In this document: piece by piece, positions 57,498 to 64,000 of the stretch
How the letters are laid out: every line of letters starts with the position of its first letter
How positions within the stretch are numbered: the first letter of the stretch is position 1
DNA from: Pseudomonadota bacterium
Lineage (GTDB): Bacteria; Pseudomonadota; Gammaproteobacteria; Burkholderiales; Burkholderiaceae_C
Length of the DNA stretch: 64,000 nucleotides
Direction: 5' to 3'
Assembly: GCA_040387235.1 (NCBI GenBank)
Contig: JAZKEE010000130.1
Coordinates: 23,967 to 87,966, forward strand
Notes under the pieces: model-generated
Database searches by the model: none
What the model saw: only the letters and a program-made list of their open reading frames with translations
What the model was told of the DNA's origin: nothing
Position numbers and translations under genes: made by a program

Positions 57498-58313
57498 TCA
57501 GAAGGCCGAGGTGCCGGATGCCCGGCGTGCGGCCCAGAGCACCAGCCAGGTGATCAGGCCCAGCGTGATCGACAGGCTGGCCGCCAGCGCGAAGTTGGCG
57601 TAGTTGGTGAACTCGTTGTAGATGGTGATGGGCAGCACCTCGAACTTGCTGGCCAGCGTGAAGGCCGTGCCAAAGGCACCCATGGCGGTGGCGAAGACGA
57701 TGGCGCCGCAGGCCAGCGTGGTGGCGGCCAGCTCGGGAAGCCACACGTCGCGCGCCACGCGCCAGCGCGAGGCACCGAGCGACCGGGCGGCCTCCTCCAG
57801 CGCGGCATCCATGGCGCCTGCCGCCGCGGTGTAGGTGGCAATCGCGCGTGGCAGCGAGAAATACAGGTAGGCCAGGAACAGGCCCGTGAGCCCGTAAGCG
57901 AAGGTGGTGCGGCCCATGCCCAGGTGGTCCGAGATGTCGGCGACCAGCCCCTGGCGTCCACCCAGCAGGATCATGAAAAAGCCCACGATCACCCCGGGGA
58001 AGGACAGCGGCAGCGTGAGCAGCGACAGCAGCAGCTGCCGCCCGCGAAAGCGCTGGCGCGCCAGCGTGATGCCCACCAGCGCACCCAGCACCAGCGTGGC
58101 CAGTGTCACGGCGAGCGACAGGCCCAGCGTCTGCAGCAGGCTCTGCAGGTAGCGGGCATTGGTGAGCACCGCGAAGTAGCTGGCCCAGCCCTTGCCGGCC
58201 GGCAATGCCAGCAGCAGGGCCACGGGCAAGAGCCAGAAGGCCGCGAAGAAAGCCACGGCCGGCGCGGCGCAGGCGAGCAGCAGCGTGCGCGAGGGGGCGA
58301 AGCCGTGGCGCAT
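57498..58313 (-). CDS. ABC transporter permease
   Basis: 6 TM, EAA loop LEEAARSLGAS. Confidence 0.92.
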   Translation of the reverse strand: MRHGFAPSRTLLLACAAPAVAFFAAFWLLPVALLLALPAGKGWASYFAVLTNARYLQSLLQTLGLSLAVTLATLVLGALVGITLARQRFRGRQLLLSLLTLPLSFPGVIVGFFMILLGGRQGLVADISDHLGMGRTTFAYGLTGLFLAYLYFSLPRAIATYTAAAGAMDAALEEAARSLGASRWRVARDVWLPELAATTLACGAIVFATAMGAFGTAFTLASKFEVLPITIYNEFTNYANFALAASLSITLGLITWLVLWAARRASGTSAF

Positions 58314-58318
58314 GGCGC

Positions 58319-59335
58319 TTACTTCACTTCAGCGAGGTAGCGATCGGAGAAGGCCTTCTGCACGGCAGCCATGCGGCCGTAGTCCACCGTCTTGGCACGC
58401 GCGTACTCGCTCGCTGGCAGGAAGCGCGCCTGCACTTCCTTGGGCATGGCGCTGGCGCGCACGGGGCGCAGGTAGGCGTTGGCCCATAGCGCCTGGCCTT
58501 CGTCGGAGAGCACGAAGTCCAGCACCTTCCTGCCCTCGGCGGCGTGGGGCGCACCAGCCACCAGGCTCATCACGTAGGGCACCACCAGTGTGCCTTCGGC
58601 AGGGATCACGAACTGCACGTTGGCCTGGTCCTTGTACCTGGCGCGGTAGGCGTTGAAGTCGTAGTCCAGCAGGATGGCGATCTCACCCGACAGCACGCGC
58701 GCGTACGAGGTCTGCTTGGGCACGATGGGCTCGTTCTTCTGCAGCGCCTTGAAGTAATCGATGCCGGGGCCGAAATTCTCCAGCGTGCCGCCGCGCGCCT
58801 GGTTGGCCGCCACCGCACCCACGTAACCCACGAAGGCCGAGGCCGGGTCCAGGTAGCCGATGAGGCCCTTGTAGTCGGGCTTGAGCAGGTCGGCCCAGGA
58901 CTGCGGCACGGGCTTGCCCTTGAGTGCATCCACGTTGACCATGAAGCCGAGCGTGCCCGAGTGGATGGTGAACCAGTGTCCGGCAGGGTCCTTGAGGCCC
59001 TCGGGAATGTCCTTCCATGCCGCAGGCGGCTGGTAGGCGGTGACCAGGCCATCCTTGTGCGCCTGGATCGCGAAGGTCACGCCCAGGTAGGTCACGTCGG
59101 CCACGGGGCTGGCTTTCTCGGCCGCCAGCTGCGCCAGCGACTGGCCCGAGTTCTTGTTGTCCGGCGGCACGGTGACACCGGTCCTGGCCTTGATGGCCTT
59201 GATCTGGCTGCCCCAGTCGGCCCATTCGGGCGGGCAGTTGTAGCAGATGGCCGTCTGCGCCATGGCCGTGCCGCTGGCTGCCAGGCCGAGGGCCAGCGCC
59301 GCGGCGCGCATGAAGTGGGTGAGCGGGAATGTCAT
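58319..59335 (-). CDS. ABC transporter substrate-binding protein
   Basis: signal peptide (AMA-QT), P.SWADLL.P.YKG, GEIAI, DFVLSDEGQ. Confidence 0.92.
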   Translation of the reverse strand: MTFPLTHFMRAAALALGLAASGTAMAQTAICYNCPPEWADWGSQIKAIKARTGVTVPPDNKNSGQSLAQLAAEKASPVADVTYLGVTFAIQAHKDGLVTAYQPPAAWKDIPEGLKDPAGHWFTIHSGTLGFMVNVDALKGKPVPQSWADLLKPDYKGLIGYLDPASAFVGYVGAVAANQARGGTLENFGPGIDYFKALQKNEPIVPKQTSYARVLSGEIAILLDYDFNAYRARYKDQANVQFVIPAEGTLVVPYVMSLVAGAPHAAEGRKVLDFVLSDEGQALWANAYLRPVRASAMPKEVQARFLPASEYARAKTVDYGRMAAVQKAFSDRYLAEVK

Positions 59336-59384
59336 CGGGAACTCCTGTGATCAGAGGTGGCTGGGAAAGGTGAGGGAAAGGGGG

Positions 59385-60377
59385 TCAGGCGTGCGCGCAG
59401 GATTCGCCGGTGCGAAAGTGGTGGGCCAGGGTCAGCCCGGCGTCGGGCGCCAGCGGCGCACCGCTGGCCATGGCCTGCACCAGCAGCTGCACGCTGCAGC
59501 GGCCGATGTCGGCGTTGGGCTGGGCCACGGTGCTCAGCATGGGCGTGAGGTCTTCGCCCAGGGCGATGCCGTCGAAACCCGCCACGCTCAGGTCGCGCGG
59601 CACGACCAGCCCGGCCAGGTGCGCGGCGCGGATGCTGCGGATGGCCAGCAGGTCGTTGGAGCAGACCAGGGCCGTGGGGCGGCCCGGCGCCTGCAGCAGG
59701 GCTGTGACGTCCTGCACGGCGGTCTCGACGAAGGGCACTTCGAGCACCGGCCCCTCGGCCAGGCCCGCTGCTGCCATGCCGCGCTGAAAGCCCCGGCAGC
59801 GCTGCTGCGCCCGGTCCGATGCGGCGAGCTGGCCGCTGACCATGGTGATGCGCCGGTGCCCGAGCGTGGCCAGGTGCGCCACCAGCTCTGCCACGGCCTG
59901 CTCGCTGTCCACCGAGACGCAGGGGTGGTCCGGGTGCTTGTTGTAGGCCAGCACGTAGGGCAGGCCGGCTTCGGCCAGGCGCTGCAGTGCGCTCGATGTG
60001 GCGGGGTTTGATACCACCAGGATCATGCCGTCCACGTTGCCGGCCAGCAGCAGGTGCACGGCACGGTCTTCCTGCGCGATCTGGTACTCGGTGGCAAACG
60101 GCAGGATGGCGTAGCCACCCGCCACAGCGGCCTGGGCGATGCCCTGCAGGCACTCGGCGAACACCGGGTTGAGCAGGGTCGGCAACACCACGCCGATCAC
60201 GCGGCTGCGCTGGGTGCGCAAGGTGCGCGCGCTGGCGTTGGGCAGGTAACCCAGGGTCTGGGCGACCTGCTGCACATGCTCGCGCGTGGCCGGCATCACC
60301 TTGTCCGGCAGGTTGAAGACCCGCGACACGGTGGCCACCGACACGCCCGCCTGGCGGGCCACGTCCTGGATGCTCAT
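59385..60377 (-). CDS. LacI-family transcriptional regulator
   Basis: SIQDVARQAGVSVATVSRV, LGYLPN..AR.L, SNDLLA, VPRDLSVAGFDG. Confidence 0.95.
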   Translation of the reverse strand: MSIQDVARQAGVSVATVSRVFNLPDKVMPATREHVQQVAQTLGYLPNASARTLRTQRSRVIGVVLPTLLNPVFAECLQGIAQAAVAGGYAILPFATEYQIAQEDRAVHLLLAGNVDGMILVVSNPATSSALQRLAEAGLPYVLAYNKHPDHPCVSVDSEQAVAELVAHLATLGHRRITMVSGQLAASDRAQQRCRGFQRGMAAAGLAEGPVLEVPFVETAVQDVTALLQAPGRPTALVCSNDLLAIRSIRAAHLAGLVVPRDLSVAGFDGIALGEDLTPMLSTVAQPNADIGRCSVQLLVQAMASGAPLAPDAGLTLAHHFRTGESCAHA

Positions 60378-60389
60378 GGAACCTCGTTG

Positions 60390-60409
60390 CAATGTAAACG
60401 TTTACATTG
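60390..60409. promoter_or_regulatory. LacI-type operator
   Basis: perfect 20-bp palindrome CAATGTAAACGTTTACATTG with central CG, 12 nt upstream of the LacI gene start. Confidence 0.85.
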
Positions 60410-60421
60410 GAGCGAGGCCGT

Positions 60422-60439
60422 GTGACGCCCGTGTGACCG
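60422..60439 (-). promoter_or_regulatory. Pho box-like repeat upstream of the LacI/ABC/phosphodiesterase operon
   Basis: minus strand CGGTCAC-ACGG-GCGTCAC (11-bp period), then 10 nt and TCCAAT (-10-like). Confidence 0.45.
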
Positions 60440-60459
60440 AGGCGGCGGGAGCGCGCCAT

Positions 60460-60486
60460 GAAAAACGGCCCTCGATGGGGCCGTTC
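60460..60486 (-). terminator. intrinsic terminator after lspA
   Basis: AACGGCCC/GGGCCGTT stem; the plus-strand A-run reads as a U-tract on the minus strand. Confidence 0.7.
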
Positions 60487-60508
60487 AGAAAATGAAGTAG
60501 CGAGAGGC

Positions 60509-61018
60509 TTACTTCGACTTCTTCATCCGCAGCAACTCGTCCAGCACCAGGCAGACCGCACCCACGGTGATGGCCGAATCGGCCAGGTTGAAGGCCGGGA
60601 AATGGTAGCCGCGTGCGTAAAAGTCCAGGAAGTCGACCACGTAGCCGTGCATCAGCCGGTCCACCACGTTGCCCACCGCGCCGCCCAGGATGCTCGAGAG
60701 CGCAAAGCAAAACAGCTTCTGTCCTGGGTGCGCGCGCAGCTGCCAGACGATGAACACCGTGGCCGCCACACCGATGCCGGTGAACGCCCAGCGCTGCCAG
60801 CCACCCGCATCCGCCAGGAACGAGAAGGCTGCGCCCGTGTTGTGGGCCCGCACGATGTTGAAGAAGCTGGTGATGGGGGTCGCGTCACCCAGCCGGTAGG
60901 CGTCCAGGATCAGCACCTTGGTGACCTGGTCGGCGATGAAGATCACCACCGCCCAGGCCAGCCACGGCCACATTTTGCCCAAGGCAGATCCGGCGGGCAC
61001 CGTTGTGCTGCCCGACAT
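60509..61018 (-). CDS. lspA: lipoprotein signal peptidase II
   Basis: [37 protein letters not shown]; overlaps ileS stop. Confidence 0.96.
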   Translation of the reverse strand: MSGSTTVPAGSALGKMWPWLAWAVVIFIADQVTKVLILDAYRLGDATPITSFFNIVRAHNTGAAFSFLADAGGWQRWAFTGIGVAATVFIVWQLRAHPGQKLFCFALSSILGGAVGNVVDRLMHGYVVDFLDFYARGYHFPAFNLADSAITVGAVCLVLDELLRMKKSK

Positions 61019-63870
61019 CACGCGTGCACCCGGCTCTCGCCGGCACCGTACAGGTTGCTCGTGCAGCGGCCGCAGATCGTCGGGTGGGCCGCATCCTGGC
61101 CCACGTCGGCGCGGTAGTGCCAGCAGCGGTCGCACTTGGCGTCGGCGCTGGGCCTGACGCTGATCTGCAGGGCATCGCCCGCCACCAATTCGATGGCCGA
61201 AGTGATGAACACGAACTTGAGGTCATCGCCCAGGCTGGCGAGCAGGGCGTGGTCTTCGGGCGCCGCGGTGAGCACCACGTTGGCCTGCAGGGACGAGCCC
61301 ACCTGGCCATCGGCACGCAGCACCTCGATTTCCTTGTTCACCACGTCGCGGATCTCGCGCAGGCGCGACCACTTGGCCAAGAGGCCTTCGTCGCCACCGG
61401 CGATGGAGCCATAGGTCTCCACGAAGATGGAGTCGGACTTGCCGAACACCTTCCACGCCTCTTCGGCCGTGAAGGACAGGAACGGCGCCATCCAGCGCAG
61501 CATGGCGTGCGTGATCTGGTACAGCGCTGTCTGCGCACTGCGGCGCGCCAGGCTCTTGGGCGCCGTGGTGTACAGGCGGTCCTTGAGCACGTCGAGGTAA
61601 AAGCCGCCCAGGTCTTCCGAACAGTACAGCTGCAGCTTGGCCACCACGGGGTGGAATTCGTAGACCTTGTAGTGCGCCAGCACCGTGGCCTGGAACTCGG
61701 CCGCGCGCGTCAGGGCGTAGCGGTCGATCTCCAGCATCTGCTCGAATGGCACGGTGTCCGTGGCGGGGTCGAAATCGCTCACGTTGGCCAGCAGGAAGCG
61801 CAGCGTGTTGCGGATGCGGCGGTAGGCGTCCACAACGCGCGCGAGGATCTTCTCGTCGCCTGCGATGTCGCCCGAGTAGTCGCTGGCGGCCACCCACAGG
61901 CGGATGATCTCGGCGCCCAGCTTCTTGTTGATCTCCTGCGGATCGATGCCGTTGCCCAGCGACTTGCTCATCTTGCGGCCCTGGCTGTCCACGGTGAAGC
62001 CGTGGGTCAGCAGGCCGCGGTAGGGCGCCTGGCCGTGGATGGCGCAGCTCAACAGCAGGCTGGTGTGGAACCAGCCGCGGTGCTGGTCATGGCCTTCCAG
62101 GTACAGGTCGGCCTCGGGGCCGGTGTCGTGGTGCACGCCAGGGTGCGTGCCGCGCAGCACGTGGAAGAAGGTCGAGCCCGAGTCGAACCACACCTCCAGG
62201 ATGTCGGTGCTCTTGGTGTAGCAGGCTGCGTCCTCGGCGCCCAGGATTTCCTCGGGCGTCACGCGGCTCCAGGCCTCGATCCCGCCCTTTTCGACGATGT
62301 CGGCCGCCTGGTCCATGATCTCCATGGTGCGCGGGTGCAGCTCGCCCGAATCCTTGTGCAGGAAGAACGGGATGGGCACACCCCAGCTGCGCTGGCGCGA
62401 GATGCACCAGTCGGGCCGGTTGGCGATCATGTCGTGCAGGCGGCCCTTGCCGTTCTCGGGGTAGAAGCTGGTGTGCTCGATGGCTTCCAGCGCCGTCTGG
62501 CGCAGCGTCTTCTCGGCCTTGTCCTTGGTGAACACGCCTTCGCCCTCGTCCATGCGGATGAACCACTGCGCTGCCGCGCGGTAGATCACCGGCGTCTTGT
62601 GGCGCCAGCAGTGCGGGTAGCTGTGCGTGATGTCCTTGGTGGCCATCAGGCGGCCGGCACCGCGCAGCGCCTCGATGACGACCGGCACGGCCTTCCAGAT
62701 GTGCTGGCCGCCGAACAGCGGGAAGTCCGGCGCGTAGGTGCCGTTGCCTTGCACGGGGTTCAGGATGTCGTCGAGCGCCAGGCCGTGGGACACGCAGGAG
62801 TTGAAATCCTCCAGCCCGTAGGCGGGCGAGGAGTGCACGATACCGGTGCCGTCATCGGCCGTGGCGTAGTCGGCCAGGTACACGGGCGAGAGACGGCGGT
62901 AGCCGGCATCGACGTCGTACAGCGGGTGCTCGAACTCCAGGCCGCCGAGCTTTTCGCCCAGGGCCGTGGCCAGCACCTCGCCGGTCAGGCCGTAGCGCAC
63001 CATGCAGTCCTCCACCAGCGACTCGGCCAGCACCAGGAGGCCGCGCTCGGTGTCCACCAGCGCATAGCTCAGCGCGGGGTTCAGGTTCAGCGCCTGGTTG
63101 GCGGGGATGGTCCAGGCGGTGGTGGTCCAGATCACCACGAAGGCGTCCTTGGCCAGTGCAGGCAGGCCGAAGGCGGCGGCCAGCTTTGCCGGCTCGTGCG
63201 CCTTGAAGGCCACGTCCAGCGTGGTGCTCTTCTTGTCGGCGTATTCGATCTCGAACTCGGCCAGCGAGCTGCCGCAGTCGAAGCACCAGTACACGGGCTT
63301 GAGGCCACGGTAGACGAAGCCGCGCTCCATCACGCGCTTGAAGGCACGGATCTCGCCTGCTTCGTTGGCGAAGTTCATGGTCTTGTAGGGGTTGTCCCAT
63401 TCGCCGAGCACACCCAGGCGCTGGAAGTCCCCCATCTGCTGCGCGATCTGCTCGGTGGCGAAGGCGCGGCTCTTGGCCTGCATGTCGTCGCGGCTCAGGT
63501 TGCGGCCGTGCTTCTTCTCGATGGCGTTCTCGATCGGCAGGCCATGGCAGTCCCAGCCGGGCACGTACAGCGCGTCGAAGCCCTCGAGCTGGCGCGCCTT
63601 GGTGATCATGTCCTTGAGGATCTTGTTGACCGCGTGGCCCATGTGGATCTGGCCGTTGGCATAGGGCGGGCCGTCGTGCAGGATGAACTTGGGCGCACCG
63701 CAGCGCGCATCGCGCAGGCGCTTGTACAGGCCCTTGTCCTCCCACTCCTTGACCCAGCCCGGCTCGCGCTTGGGCAGGTCGCCGCGCATGGGGAAGGGGG
63801 TGTCGGGCAGGTTCAGGGTGCTGCGGTAATCCGGGGCGGTGGATTCGGTGGTACTGGCGTTGTCGGACAT
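61018..63870 (-). CDS. ileS: isoleucine--tRNA ligase
   Basis: [46 protein letters not shown]-terminal CxxC..CxxC zinc finger. Confidence 0.98.
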   Translation of the reverse strand: MSDNASTTESTAPDYRSTLNLPDTPFPMRGDLPKREPGWVKEWEDKGLYKRLRDARCGAPKFILHDGPPYANGQIHMGHAVNKILKDMITKARQLEGFDALYVPGWDCHGLPIENAIEKKHGRNLSRDDMQAKSRAFATEQIAQQMGDFQRLGVLGEWDNPYKTMNFANEAGEIRAFKRVMERGFVYRGLKPVYWCFDCGSSLAEFEIEYADKKSTTLDVAFKAHEPAKLAAAFGLPALAKDAFVVIWTTTAWTIPANQALNLNPALSYALVDTERGLLVLAESLVEDCMVRYGLTGEVLATALGEKLGGLEFEHPLYDVDAGYRRLSPVYLADYATADDGTGIVHSSPAYGLEDFNSCVSHGLALDDILNPVQGNGTYAPDFPLFGGQHIWKAVPVVIEALRGAGRLMATKDITHSYPHCWRHKTPVIYRAAAQWFIRMDEGEGVFTKDKAEKTLRQTALEAIEHTSFYPENGKGRLHDMIANRPDWCISRQRSWGVPIPFFLHKDSGELHPRTMEIMDQAADIVEKGGIEAWSRVTPEEILGAEDAACYTKSTDILEVWFDSGSTFFHVLRGTHPGVHHDTGPEADLYLEGHDQHRGWFHTSLLLSCAIHGQAPYRGLLTHGFTVDSQGRKMSKSLGNGIDPQEINKKLGAEIIRLWVAASDYSGDIAGDEKILARVVDAYRRIRNTLRFLLANVSDFDPATDTVPFEQMLEIDRYALTRAAEFQATVLAHYKVYEFHPVVAKLQLYCSEDLGGFYLDVLKDRLYTTAPKSLARRSAQTALYQITHAMLRWMAPFLSFTAEEAWKVFGKSDSIFVETYGSIAGGDEGLLAKWSRLREIRDVVNKEIEVLRADGQVGSSLQANVVLTAAPEDHALLASLGDDLKFVFITSAIELVAGDALQISVRPSADAKCDRCWHYRADVGQDAAHPTICGRCTSNLYGAGESRVHA

Positions 63871-63980
63871 GGGGGAGCCTTAAAACGGGGCATTCCGGGG
63901 CAGGCCCGGAGCAAAACGGGAAAAGAGGAGGCGTGGAGAGGTGTCGGGCCTGCGGGGCAGGCGCTGCGCAGGCAGCCCCC

Positions 63981-64000
63981 TCAAATTCGGTCGCGCGTGG
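63981..64000 (-). CDS. ribF: extreme 3' end of upstream gene, probably riboflavin kinase/FAD synthetase
   Basis: reads ...TRDRI-stop; ribF-ileS-lspA is a conserved gene order; only 20 nt visible. Confidence 0.45.

Noticed and set aside
1-64000. CRISPR array, tRNA/rRNA, prophage, defence system or autonomous transposon
   Set aside because: No spaced short repeats, RNA gene signatures, integrase, transposase or phage genes were seen; composition looks uniform.

Overview
GC-rich (~70%) betaproteobacterial chromosomal window; gene content and order suggest Comamonadaceae (Acidovorax-like, inference). It is mostly core genes: trpS, yciO/yciV-like, recJ, lol permeases plus lolD, TatD, tctBA, qor, Na/Pi cotransporter, lspA, ileS and the 3' end of probable ribF. 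Many signalling genes lie between them. The most notable region (1.2-13.3 kb) holds two divergent CHASE2/FecR trans-envelope modules: response regulator + LysM-FecR protein + CHASE2-PAS histidine kinase, and CHASE2 class III cyclase + FecR-TPR-beta-barrel protein. A secreted FGE-fold protein and a small lipoprotein sit between them. Other highlights are an orphan TRAP solute-binding protein translationally coupled to a GGDEF-EAL protein, a tandem LolF-type duplication in which one copy has lost the Hook loop, two MCPs sharing ~710 bp of near-identical DNA, two Pho-box-like sites, a perfect LacI-type operator, a 160-bp MITE-like element with a TGA duplication, and a structured ~150-bp repeat in two copies. 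No rRNA, tRNA, CRISPR array, transposase or prophage was seen. All calls come from reading motifs by eye; no database search was run.
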